Below, one piece after another: positions 48,001 through 55,965 of a stretch of 64,000 nt of DNA. The notes beneath the pieces are model-generated. The model searched no databases. It was not told the origin of the DNA and saw only the letters and a list, made by a program, of their open reading frames with translations. Each line of letters starts with the position of its first letter. Within the stretch, counting starts at the first letter, position 1. Source of the DNA: a virus (lineage: Duplodnaviria > Heunggongvirae > Uroviricota > Caudoviricetes); IMG/VR virus record IMGVR_UViG_3300016476_000468, positions 39,913 to 103,912 of that record. One strand, 5' to 3'. The translations under genes and the position numbers were made by a program.

Positions 48001-48279
48001 AGATTCGCAGCAAACATTCCTTCAGAGTCTGATGTTCAGGTCTACTACAAGACTTGCACTGGAGACACTAAGCAGTTGCAGACCACTAAATATACACTGT
48101 TGAACCCAGATTCTGCTATTCCAAAGGTAGAACTAGGCAATACAGCGTTCTCTGACGTTAACTATACTCTAACAGGTATGGCTGCGTTTGACAGTATTGT
48201 TGTTAAGATCGTAATGCGTTCTACTAACAGCAGCGCTGTACCACTAATCAAAGACTTAAGAATTATCGCTTGCCCGTAA
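42016..48279 (+). CDS. large virion structural protein (DUF4815-type)
   Basis: PYNDDYDENKKFYRILYRP..QARELTQMQ, APGAHR, LARRTYDESGDY, GFIVDNF and YDPLAQSF motifs. Confidence 0.75.
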   Translation: MIDFNTEPYNDDYDENKKFYRILYRPSFAVQARELTQMQTLLQKQISRHGSAIFKQGAMVIPGQCSVETVTQPNQGADYVKLQVSYNGVAVQTFISALEGASIVGTSGVTATVIKAQDAEGTDPTTLYVRYTSSGSNNSTKTFSNNEVIQTEDGIYTFQAATTDATGKGSLATIQRGVYYVNEHFCLVEEQSIVLDKYSNTPTYRIGLHVSEGVVTPEQDETLLDNAQNSYNFAAPGAHRYYIDLTLTKIAVDATADLNFIELIRVDDGRIKTIVDKTEYSLLADELARRTYDESGDYTVRDFAIDIREHRNNNRGQWLQNTAYISGDVVTNAGNIYVARTSGSSVTTAPTHTTGTAYDGPGSTGIKWEWTNAPVYNRGIYRPEDGGDEAKLAIGLEPGKAYVRGYEIQKDSTTYIAVEKARDYDQQTGAIIQPTVGNYLLITNVNNLPPVDTYDIVKLYDQVTGSSVGTPVGTQVGTARVRFMEWSGGASFGSGAIYKLGLFDVQMNAGKDFNRSVKSFYYSNGGDPNLSFTADINPVSTALIGSITASSGSVTGTGTSFQTDLVSGDYILVDGVMYRVTASPSSQNALTLNTGTFTGKAFALATTQLLETQNTGMVFPQPNYAIRSNRSAGTSGINNTTYVCYQKFTQNASGTSLSLSTSGTFMPASGVTNYIVVDNDAAAGGAVIQPVSIVPLGSSVTITLPPAQSGRSITVIAAVQRNGSGYEKNKTLTTVTEQFNTASLAQQASLILDKADVFRITSVKMAAGTAFQASNTTLASNLYTLDISDRFDFDNGQRTTHYDWGRLNLKPSFTIPSGPVQVTYEYFEHSVGDYFDVNSYSTIDYNKIPAVLRDSLDFRPRVANRSANANKSFVGTGASLTSVPKRGENVSSDYSYYFSRKDKIAVDFNGKFFNIKGVPSIDPGEPQDPALGMVLYTLALEPYTYSTNSVSVSKVENKRYTMRDIGKLENRINNLEYYTSLSLLEQETQSLKITDSKGLDRMKNGFIVDNFSGNNVGNSKSPDYFCSVDMENNQLRPYYTMHNVNLIEKNSNDSQRTSSKYQLNGDIITLPIIETPVLIKQEYASRLENINPFAIYTFLGNVDINPPSDDWFETSRLPDIVQQTEGNYSMIRDLAIRAGIIGEGGFGTLWNPWETEWIGKPVTVGNNTYSADRRTGDGGAALDAAFGLGPDAPGWAFRVVTTEVQATAIGQSRTGVRSTLQTKTDYEQVADRTVSTAVIPYIRSRNVLVQVKGLKPQTRFYSYFDDIDVNSYITPATKIVYTAGTGTFDVETNVGGSASETKRRIAGDSQICLNRGDVITTSNNSGSAVVVGKSVDPDTGALTLDVVNVIGTITNGQSFTGSVSGATGTVVSVTTASTLVTNKQGAVNFLFYIPNTEAIRFRTGARELKLIDASTSTGQWTSRGRGIYRAEGILETKQATINAVRNAEIVKEVIGPNDDPAARQTIYQTSERVVSDTGWYDPLAQSFLVQQKGGAFLTGVDIFFATKDDRIPVTLEIREMVNGTPGKNVLPFSRVTLDPSQVNLSTNLVTIGEDPAQYPKFDTPTHFKFKTPVYVQDNGEYCFVLQSDSNNYKVWISQVGDEIPGTSGRTISQQPYAGVMFKSQNASTWTADQNQDIKFTIYRAKFDTSVVGNIEFVNDVLPYDKIESDPIQTVAGSNTVRVWHYAHGMYAGSRVNIKGIASDVNGIPASELNGEKVIVAMDPNSYTFTTSTSATGSGYGGGSAVYATRNVTFDLVNPSVQMQSFSDTKANFSIKTTSGKSIDGSQTPYVAETSFVPCLIKQNNIFQSPRVIASEINENTSMGGAKSITFSAQISTTNDAVSPVIDTARASLIAVSNKLNAPTEANTNIAALDQKQLFTGATGAFSFTTTGFNSTNAAVRGFMAGIGIGRYVTIASATTAGNNGTFLVTGYTDDGTTGTITLGSFSGTAEAAVSGTSVAVREQFFDEITPEGSSTLSKYVTAPVKFANPSTFLRVRFAANIPSESDVQVYYKTCTGDTKQLQTTKYTLLNPDSAIPKVELGNTAFSDVNYTLTGMAAFDSIVVKIVMRSTNSSAVPLIKDLRIIACP

Positions 48280-48503
48280 TGGAATACTTGAAAGTTCGAG
48301 GACACAGTGGCTTGGTTAGAGATATCTCTAGCGGAGCCATTGTCAACACGAACCGAACAGAATATGAGGAATATATGGAAAGAGTAAGGTTAGCCGAAGA
48401 AAAGGAAAACCTACTTTCTCAACATACGGCTGAGATAAATAATATAAAGAATGAGTTGCAAGATATTAAAACCCTGCTATTGCAACTCGTTAATAAAGGT
48501 TGA
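48279..48503 (+). CDS. conserved small protein (LVRD..SGAIVNTN)
   Basis: TAATG-coupled; C-terminal coiled coil. Confidence 0.75.
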   Translation: MEYLKVRGHSGLVRDISSGAIVNTNRTEYEEYMERVRLAEEKENLLSQHTAEINNIKNELQDIKTLLLQLVNKG

Positions 48504-48516
48504 CAAAGGATCCTAA

Positions 48517-49713
48517 ATGGCAAACATTTCAGCACCTTCAATCACGTTAAGAGCTACCAAAGGTAGCCCTTTAACGAACGCCGAAGTTGATGCTAACTTT
48601 ACTAATATTAGTAATGCACTACAAACTGGCTTAACCGCAGCTTCCTACACTGCAGCCGACGTTTTAGACAAACTTAAAACTGTTGACGGCTCTGGTTCTG
48701 GATTGGATGCCGATTTACTAGACGGATGGACGCAGGACACTGCTAACACGGTAAACACTATTGTTCGTCGTGATGCCTCTGGTAATTTTGCTGCTAACAA
48801 CATTACAGCTGCTACGTTTTCTGGCACTTTTTCTGGCGTAGCTGCAATCACTAGCGGTTCTATCACATTAACAACTGCTCTAGCAATTGGCTCTGGTGGT
48901 ACTGGTGCAACTACCGCTGCTGGCGCTAGAACAAACTTAGGTCTAGCTATTGGATCAGACGTTCAAGCATATGATAAAGAGTTGGCTGCTCTTGCAAGCG
49001 TAACTTCTGCTGCTGATAAACTTCCTTATTTTACTGGTGATGGTACTGCCGCAGTTACAGACTTTACATCTTTTGGTAGATCTCTAGTTGATGATGCTAA
49101 TGCTGGCGCTGCACGAACAACTTTAGGATTAGTCATTGGTACAGACGTACAAGGTTATAGTGCTAACTTAACTGCTATTTCTGGTCTAACTGCAACCACT
49201 GATAAAGGTCTCTATACTAGAACAGGTTCTGGTACTGCTGTTGTTCGAACAATCGCTGGTACTGCAAGCAGAATTGTAGTGACAAATGGATCTGGAGAGT
49301 CTGGTAACCCAACAATCGACTTAGGTTCTGACGTTCCTTCGCTTTCTGGTAATAATACCTTTGCTGGAACTTGCTCGTTCACTGCAGCTACGACTACTCT
49401 TAAAGCTGTGGTTGCTGACTCTTTCACCCAGGCTTCTGACGCTCGCTTAAAGGAAAACGTTCAGACACTAAATAATGCTGTAAACGTTGTTAATAGTCTA
49501 AGAGGCGTTTCTTACACCAGAGATGGAAAACAAGAGATCGGTCTTATTGCCCAGGAAGTTGAAAAACACCTACCACAAGTTGTTTCTACAACAGAAAGTG
49601 GTATGATGGGTATTTCATATTCTAACATGGTCGGTTTGTTAGTTGAAGCTATTAAAGAACAACAAAAGACTATTGACGAGCTAAATGCTCGACTAATTAA
49701 ACTGGAGAATTAA
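48517..49713 (+). CDS. tail fibre protein with C-terminal S74 intramolecular chaperone
   Basis: [15 protein letters not shown]-terminus; [22 protein letters not shown]. Confidence 0.85.
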   Translation: MANISAPSITLRATKGSPLTNAEVDANFTNISNALQTGLTAASYTAADVLDKLKTVDGSGSGLDADLLDGWTQDTANTVNTIVRRDASGNFAANNITAATFSGTFSGVAAITSGSITLTTALAIGSGGTGATTAAGARTNLGLAIGSDVQAYDKELAALASVTSAADKLPYFTGDGTAAVTDFTSFGRSLVDDANAGAARTTLGLVIGTDVQGYSANLTAISGLTATTDKGLYTRTGSGTAVVRTIAGTASRIVVTNGSGESGNPTIDLGSDVPSLSGNNTFAGTCSFTAATTTLKAVVADSFTQASDARLKENVQTLNNAVNVVNSLRGVSYTRDGKQEIGLIAQEVEKHLPQVVSTTESGMMGISYSNMVGLLVEAIKEQQKTIDELNARLIKLEN

Positions 49714-49715
49714 AC

Positions 49716-50102
49716 ATGGCTTATCACGGCGCAACTGGTTTTAGACGTTCTGACGGTACAGACGTTGTAAACTTATTCTGGAATTATTACGACGCTGGAA
49801 ATAGAGACTATACCGAACCAAACGCTAACTGCGCTTGGAACTGTGCTTGTAACGCTTGTAACTCTGCATGTAACTGTAACTGCGGTAACTGTGATGCTGG
49901 CGACTTAGGTTTTGGTGTTACTACTGACCGTCGTATCAATATCTTCCGTAACACTTCTGTTGGTGGTGCGATCTCAGCATCTACAGACGGTATTCGTCAC
50001 GATAACCAAGACAACACTATGGGCGGATTCCAGTGGGCTAGAGTAAACTGTAACTGTAACTGTGCTTGCAACTGTAACTGTGCTTGCAACTGTAACTGTT
50101 AA
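49716..50102 (+). CDS. Cys/Asn-rich protein (17 Cys in two clusters), candidate radical SAM substrate
   Basis: NCAWNCACNACNSACNCNCGNC and C-terminal NCNCNCACNCNCACNCNC; GGAG RBS. Confidence 0.85.
   Translation: MAYHGATGFRRSDGTDVVNLFWNYYDAGNRDYTEPNANCAWNCACNACNSACNCNCGNCDAGDLGFGVTTDRRINIFRNTSVGGAISASTDGIRHDNQDNTMGGFQWARVNCNCNCACNCNCACNCNC
50046..50099 (+). repeat. tandem 18-bp/6-bp coding repeat
   Basis: AACTGTAACTGTGCTTGC at 50052 and 50070, plus a partial copy at 50088. Confidence 0.9.
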
Positions 50103-50113
50103 GGAATTGTATA

Positions 50114-51262
50114 ATGTTAAAAATTTTTAAAAGTATCATTAAAGGTAACTTAGATACAGAAACTTATGCTCGTGACACTAATCACAGAGTAACGATGGGT
50201 TATGACGCAGAAACTCAGACTATCAAAGTTAAAGTAGAAAAAGTTTTACCACCAAATCCAGATCTTTCTGAAGATCTTCCAGAGGATACACCTACTGTTT
50301 TGAGAGAACCTCACACAAGTGCAGATTTTGTTTTAATAGTAGAACGTGAGTTTAGCGCTACTGATTTTGTCTTTAAAAATGATAACACTAAGTGGCTGAT
50401 TGAGTATGATTCAAAAACTAAAACAATTAGTGACCCTATCGACGTTTACGAACTAGCTAAACAATATATTAATGGTAGTGCTTCTCACGAAAAGATTTAT
50501 TATAATCTAAACCAGTATCGTTATCAAGTAGACCCATCACTAACACCTTGTTTTATGTTGGATTGTTTTTATAAGTCTTTGGGGTTTGATGGATCTACTG
50601 TTCAATTCTTCGTTGAAGACTTACAGTTGGACTTCCTTGACACTGTTTTAGAAGTTCATGATAACCAAGAAATCACTGAAGTTACCCCAAAAGAATATGA
50701 ATTCTGGTGCCAGTATAACGCTAGAGTCGCAGTGACATTTGAGGTTCTAGACGAACAGGGTAAAATTGTTTCTTCTGCTATTCCAACTGTTAAACAAGAA
50801 GCTAAATCACCATTATTCCGAACACTACAGCAAAAGTCTCCAGTTGATTTAACTGATGTTTCTGACAATTTAGGAATTCAACCAACTGGCGCAGCAAATG
50901 GTAATCGTTTTTACGTTAAACTTCCTGCTACCGATATTCATAATATTCGTGTCCTGTTCGGTAGTAGAATTCATAATTTGATCGGACAACGACCATTCGT
51001 CACTTTTGATGTATCAACTGTTAATGGAGTTTCTAATAAATCTAGAATTTCTAATAGTTATAACCCAGAAGAACCAAACGTTTACGTTCAGGAATTTATA
51101 CAAAACCACAACCATCCTGCTGAAAAAATGAATACTGTGTTTTCTGGAGTTGAAGGTGTTATCATTAATACCACAGGATTAATTAGTGGTGATTTCTTTA
51201 AATTTAAGTTAAATTTGGGCGAATTCGTTTCTTGGGCGGAACTTTGGGTTGAGATTGAGTAA
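50114..51262 (+). CDS. hypothetical protein (382 aa)
   Basis: Long ORF with AAGGA RBS; no motif recognised. Confidence 0.8.
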   Translation: MLKIFKSIIKGNLDTETYARDTNHRVTMGYDAETQTIKVKVEKVLPPNPDLSEDLPEDTPTVLREPHTSADFVLIVEREFSATDFVFKNDNTKWLIEYDSKTKTISDPIDVYELAKQYINGSASHEKIYYNLNQYRYQVDPSLTPCFMLDCFYKSLGFDGSTVQFFVEDLQLDFLDTVLEVHDNQEITEVTPKEYEFWCQYNARVAVTFEVLDEQGKIVSSAIPTVKQEAKSPLFRTLQQKSPVDLTDVSDNLGIQPTGAANGNRFYVKLPATDIHNIRVLFGSRIHNLIGQRPFVTFDVSTVNGVSNKSRISNSYNPEEPNVYVQEFIQNHNHPAEKMNTVFSGVEGVIINTTGLISGDFFKFKLNLGEFVSWAELWVEIE

Positions 51263-51298
51263 CTAAATACTTTGTATTCTATATTATAAGGATTTTTA

Positions 51299-52762
51299 AT
51301 GAGTAAATTTACGCTAGTGTTGCAAGGCGCTAATGATGTGACGCTTAATATGATTTATGACCCAATGACATCTGAGATGTACTGGGAACATAACCACGAA
51401 AAACCCTCACTGGAACATATCAGTAAGGGTCTTCAATATCAAATGAATGCTAAGGTCTGGGAACCTGCGAATATTACAAACCCGCATGACCCAGAACTAC
51501 ACGGCAAAAAATCAAGAAAGCCAGTTACACTTAAGATCACAATGGGTCTAAAGTGTAACTACGCTTGTTCTTATTGCAACCAAGCCCACCAACCACACGA
51601 CCCAGTCGGCGGTCCAGATGACGCTGAGGAATTAGTGCGCAAGATGAAAGAGAACTTTTCTTTCAGCACGTATGATAACTTCCGTTTAGAATTTTGGGGC
51701 GGTGAACCTCTGGTTTATTGGAAGACTCTAAAACCACTAGCTGAGAAAGTTAAAAAGGTTTATCCTAACGCTCAGTTTATGATGGTTACCAATGGCTCTC
51801 TTTTGACAAGAGACAAAGTTGATTGGTTTAACCGTATGGGGTTTTCAATCGGTATGTCACACGATGGTCCATTGCACGCACAAAACCGTGGTCCAGATCC
51901 GTTGGACGAACCAGTAGCCAAAGACGCTATCGTGTACGCTCTGAAAACTATGGGCACTATGAGATTCACATTCAACTGTGTATTGACTAGAGAAAACGTA
52001 TCTCTGCCTGCGGTTCGTGAATTTATTATTAAGAAACTCAACAGAAAAGATGTAGGTTTTGATAATCCAGGAATCGAGCAGCGTGAGATTCAAGTCACAA
52101 CAGAAGAGCTAATGCTTCCTTACGATGACTCTGGTATGGCACATTCTCTTCAAACAACTGACGAGAAGAAAGAAATTCTACACACTTTATTTGAAGAAAC
52201 TATTGATGGCAAAAACCAGTTCAGCTGGACAGTTTATCAAAAGGTCAAGGGTTTCTTCGAGTCTATTGTATATGGTCGCCCAGCTGAAGCTGTTGGCCAA
52301 AAGTGTGGCATGGACAGAGAAGACAACATCGCCATCGATATGAAGGGTAATGTCACTACTTGCCAAAACACTTCTTCGCTAACTAAGCACAATATCGGTA
52401 ATATCGAAGACTTCGATAATATCCGTTTGACTAACTCTTACCATTGGTCTACTCGTAAGGAATGCCCTTCTTGCCCAGTAGTTCAGCTATGTCAAGGCGC
52501 TTGTTTGTTCTTAGAAGACCAATATTGGGAACAGGCGTGTGAAAACCTATTCTGGTATAACTTAGCTATGTTGAGTGCGGCATTGTTCAAGATGACTGAT
52601 GGTCTAGTATTGACTGAGATTCGAGGCGATCGTATTCGTTTTGACGGAGTTACTAGCATTCCAGTAATCGACATCGAATATATGAAGACTGGTAAAAAGA
52701 GTTGGAAGGTTCGTAAGCCACTAAACATCCCAGTAGTGCAAGTTCCAGTAGAACCTAAATAA
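51299..52762 (+). CDS. radical SAM/SPASM-domain protein
   Basis: CNYACSYC, FWGGEPL, VTNGSLL, SHDG; SPASM C..GNVTTC and CPSCPVVQLCQGAC; CTAAATA at 51263. Confidence 0.95.
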   Translation: MSKFTLVLQGANDVTLNMIYDPMTSEMYWEHNHEKPSLEHISKGLQYQMNAKVWEPANITNPHDPELHGKKSRKPVTLKITMGLKCNYACSYCNQAHQPHDPVGGPDDAEELVRKMKENFSFSTYDNFRLEFWGGEPLVYWKTLKPLAEKVKKVYPNAQFMMVTNGSLLTRDKVDWFNRMGFSIGMSHDGPLHAQNRGPDPLDEPVAKDAIVYALKTMGTMRFTFNCVLTRENVSLPAVREFIIKKLNRKDVGFDNPGIEQREIQVTTEELMLPYDDSGMAHSLQTTDEKKEILHTLFEETIDGKNQFSWTVYQKVKGFFESIVYGRPAEAVGQKCGMDREDNIAIDMKGNVTTCQNTSSLTKHNIGNIEDFDNIRLTNSYHWSTRKECPSCPVVQLCQGACLFLEDQYWEQACENLFWYNLAMLSAALFKMTDGLVLTEIRGDRIRFDGVTSIPVIDIEYMKTGKKSWKVRKPLNIPVVQVPVEPK

Positions 52763-52763
52763 G

Positions 52764-53096
52764 ATGTCTGAAGCGTTTCTAGATTGTTATATTTGGGACG
52801 TCAATAGATACCCGAGATATGGTTCTATTGACTCCAACCTGAACAAAAGGACTTTGGCTGATATATTTCACCACAATTCCTTGACAGGTTCGTTCCAGAA
52901 TAACAATGTAAGCATACAAATACCAGACTTTTTGTTAAATGCAACGCAGGAACAAAAAGAATTTGTTTATAAATATAAAGAGAGAATCGTAAGGTTAAAG
53001 CTCCCAATTATGGTCTTAGAAACGACCAGCAAGGGCGAAGAACGCTGGGGTTTAGATCTTAGATGCGCAGAACACCTTAGGTATTTAAGGAAATAA
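52764..53096 (+). CDS. hypothetical protein
   Basis: ORF in the operon; CTAAATA at 52755. Confidence 0.65.
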   Translation: MSEAFLDCYIWDVNRYPRYGSIDSNLNKRTLADIFHHNSLTGSFQNNNVSIQIPDFLLNATQEQKEFVYKYKERIVRLKLPIMVLETTSKGEERWGLDLRCAEHLRYLRK

Positions 53097-53108
53097 GGAG
53101 AAATATAA

Positions 53109-54056
53109 ATGGAAAAGAAGCACGTAAAGTGGGTTATCGCCCATGAGCCAATCGGTTTGTTTCTAAAGGTTGCAGAAAGTTTCGCCAAAGAAGTCAATGA
53201 AAAGACTGGCGGCAAGTTTGATATCGAAGTTCTTTCTTTGTCTGACTACTCTACCAAGTACAACGGCGGCAAGAAAATCACTAAGAACGAATTGATGGCA
53301 TTGGTTGATACTGGCGCTATCGAAATGAGCCATATCTACACTACTTGGCTTGCAGATTACAACAAGGATCTACACGCTCTAGATCTACCATTCCTGTTCC
53401 GTGACCACGCTCACGCTGATGCAGTTTTGGAAGGCGAAGTTGGTACAGAGTTGCTAGCTGGCGTTGCTAAGAACAGCAACATCCACGCTATGTCTTTCAC
53501 TTACTCTGGTGGCTACCGTGTTGTTCCAGCTAACTTCAAGGCTGACACTGTTGACGCTTGGAAAGGTCAAACAGTTCGTACTAGCCGTTCTCCAGTTGCT
53601 GTTGAAACATTCAAGCTACTTGGCGCTGAACCAAAAGAGCACATCGCTCTAGAAGAAATGAACGAAGCAGCTGACGCTGGCGTTATTTCTGCTGGTGAAT
53701 CTACTTACGTTCGTATCTTCCCGCTAGATCAACATAAGTCTTTCAAGGTTGTTAACGATACAGCCCACAGCTTGTTCTTGACTTCTATCATCGTCAACCA
53801 AGACTTCATGAAGCAGTTCGATCAAGAAACTCAAGAGATTATGGCTACTGCAGCATTCAACGCTGCTCGTAAAGAGCGTCGTGAATCTGTTGCGGATATT
53901 CCTAACATTCTTGCAGAGTGCGAGCAAAAGGGCGTTGAAGTTGTGCGTATGAGCGAAACTGAACAGAAGAAATTCAAAGAAGTTACTTCTGCAGTTTACG
54001 AGAAGTTCGCTGACTACTTCACTCCAGGTCTTGTTCAGAAGATTCAGCTACACTAA
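53109..54056 (+). CDS. DctP/TRAP-type substrate-binding protein lacking a signal peptide
   Basis: FAKEVNEKTGGKFDIEV, LDLPFLFRD, VRTSRSP..FKLLGAEP; AAGGAG RBS. Confidence 0.85.
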   Translation: MEKKHVKWVIAHEPIGLFLKVAESFAKEVNEKTGGKFDIEVLSLSDYSTKYNGGKKITKNELMALVDTGAIEMSHIYTTWLADYNKDLHALDLPFLFRDHAHADAVLEGEVGTELLAGVAKNSNIHAMSFTYSGGYRVVPANFKADTVDAWKGQTVRTSRSPVAVETFKLLGAEPKEHIALEEMNEAADAGVISAGESTYVRIFPLDQHKSFKVVNDTAHSLFLTSIIVNQDFMKQFDQETQEIMATAAFNAARKERRESVADIPNILAECEQKGVEVVRMSETEQKKFKEVTSAVYEKFADYFTPGLVQKIQLH

Positions 54057-54067
54057 TTAAGTTAGTG

Positions 54068-54097
54068 CTAAATAAAAGGGAGCTTAGGCTCCCTTTT
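54068..54097 (+). terminator. intrinsic terminator overlapping a late-promoter motif
   Basis: CTAAATA, then AAAAGGGAGC-TTAG-GCTCCCTTTT. Confidence 0.8.
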
Positions 54098-54113
54098 CAT
54101 TTTTGAGGATATT

Positions 54114-55217
54114 ATGAAACACCTGCTATATTACAATGTCGGCTTAATTAGATCACTAGACTTGATTAACACCATGCAAGAACCTATCGAAGAGTATCTT
54201 GCGCCGAATAGCAAAGAACTTTATGCATTCTTCGAGAAGCATAAGATGAACCTGAATGCTGTATACGACAGAACAGGCAGCACACCTCACTTTTTAAACA
54301 TCAAGCCTGGGCTATTACGCATCCCTAGCATTGATCCATCATTCAATAAGTCATTTAGACAGTGTGTAGAAGAAAGATGTAAAGAATTGGTGGAATTAGA
54401 CAAACCAATCACTGTTGTTTGGAGTGGTGGTATTGATAGTACACTGGCGCTATTCGCACTAATGCGTTATGTAGATGACCCTAGCCAGATTACAGTTTAC
54501 GGAACATATAGTTCTATTTTAGAATCTGGTCCATTATTTGACAACAAGATTAAAAACTCTGGTGTTAAGTACACGTTCAAAGTTTCTTCTACTAGAGATT
54601 TTGATGATGGTGACCCAAATAGTATCTTTGTGACTGGATTCTATGGTAACCAGCTATTTGGTCCAGTAGATGACTTCATCACTGGCAAGATCAAGACACC
54701 AATCTCATTTTTCCACCATCAGTTCAATAACGACGATCCATTAATCGACTACACCAAGTGTATCGATGATGAGCTACACGAATTCCTGCTGCCTTCTATC
54801 AAGGCTAGCCCTAAGAAAATCGAAACTTTAAGAGATCTTCGTTGGTGGTTAATTTTCAATTATGACTGGTACACGGCAGAGTACTCTAGTAGAGTTGCTA
54901 CTAAACAGCAGCATAACCAGTATCACTTCTATAATACAGACGATTTTCAACGTTATGTTATCACAACAAAAGAACCGTTTACAAAAGAAGTTGGTAAACC
55001 TCTAACTCATCGTTGGGTTATGCGAGAGTTGATTGAAGAGTATAGCGGCGACAGTTATTATGCATGGAATAAACCAAAAGGGGTTTCCGCACTTGGAAAC
55101 CCCATATCTTCTTGGTTATTTTTGCTAGAAGACTTTTCAGTCTATCATGCAAATAAAACTATCTTACGTGATCATCAAGAAATTTACTCGCACGTTAATC
55201 AACACATGGGTTTCTGA
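54114..55217 (+). CDS. PP-loop ATP pyrophosphatase (adenine nucleotide alpha hydrolase, asparagine synthase-like)
   Basis: VVWSGGIDST PP-loop; TGFYGNQLFG. Confidence 0.75.
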   Translation: MKHLLYYNVGLIRSLDLINTMQEPIEEYLAPNSKELYAFFEKHKMNLNAVYDRTGSTPHFLNIKPGLLRIPSIDPSFNKSFRQCVEERCKELVELDKPITVVWSGGIDSTLALFALMRYVDDPSQITVYGTYSSILESGPLFDNKIKNSGVKYTFKVSSTRDFDDGDPNSIFVTGFYGNQLFGPVDDFITGKIKTPISFFHHQFNNDDPLIDYTKCIDDELHEFLLPSIKASPKKIETLRDLRWWLIFNYDWYTAEYSSRVATKQQHNQYHFYNTDDFQRYVITTKEPFTKEVGKPLTHRWVMRELIEEYSGDSYYAWNKPKGVSALGNPISSWLFLLEDFSVYHANKTILRDHQEIYSHVNQHMGF

Positions 55218-55841
55218 TTCCATGTTAGTCTCTACATAACGCTGTGCATAGCCTGGAGAAACATAGATTTCACCAGGACGGCTCTTGATACCAAAACTAG
55301 TACTAACTAGGTTTTGCGCAGCCATTTTACGAATAGCCTGAACGCCGCCACGTGGGTCTGGGAAATAAGTCATAGGCGCTTGGTCGCCAGCGTTTGCAAC
55401 AAAGGTAAACACTAGAGTAGAAAACTCGTAGTTGTGCGGTGGGATATGTTCACCACGTTGTTGGAACAATGTGTTAGAACCAACAATAACTGGTGTTCTA
55501 CCCATATCGTCTCTAGAAAGCTGGATCGATTCGCAGATTTCGTAAATTACTTCTTTCAAGCGATTAACTGCTGGGTGATCTAGCTCCATAATATCTTTAG
55601 CGTTGCCGCCATCTAAAGCCTCGGAATCGTTAGATAAGTCGATTAGAGGTTGAGCGATCTGCTCCCAATCCGTGAATTTATAACTAGCAAAAAGAGTTGG
55701 GAATAGGTGTCTCTGGAATGTTTCTTCTACAGGAGAATAATCAAAGTTGTATTCTTCTGTCTTAGTTTCACCGATAATAGGTGATGGGATTGGTTCTACG
55801 TTTGTAATAGTACCATTTTGTGGTGGTTGAGTATTTTCCAT
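55164..55841 (-). CDS. 2OG-Fe(II) oxygenase-like protein (TIGR02466-type), degenerate
   Basis: LFPT, YFPDPRGG, PGEIYVSPG..VETN; TATAAATA on the minus strand near 55890. Confidence 0.55.
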   Translation of the reverse strand: MENTQPPQNGTITNVEPIPSPIIGETKTEEYNFDYSPVEETFQRHLFPTLFASYKFTDWEQIAQPLIDLSNDSEALDGGNAKDIMELDHPAVNRLKEVIYEICESIQLSRDDMGRTPVIVGSNTLFQQRGEHIPPHNYEFSTLVFTFVANAGDQAPMTYFPDPRGGVQAIRKMAAQNLVSTSFGIKSRPGEIYVSPGYAQRYVETNMESETHVLINVRVNFLMIT

Positions 55842-55965
55842 ATTATCTCCATAAAAGTGATGTTATCTGTCGCTTCGCAGCTAAGAAGTATTTATACAAC
55901 TTCTATCCCACAAAATCCCTTCGTTTATAAATAAGAAGTATAAAAATAGTTTTTCGGGGAATTGG

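Noticed and set aside
50046-50099. Short tandem repeats as a CRISPR array or DGR variable region
   Set aside because: There are no spacers, the repeat is in-frame coding, and no reverse transcriptase or template repeat appears in the window.
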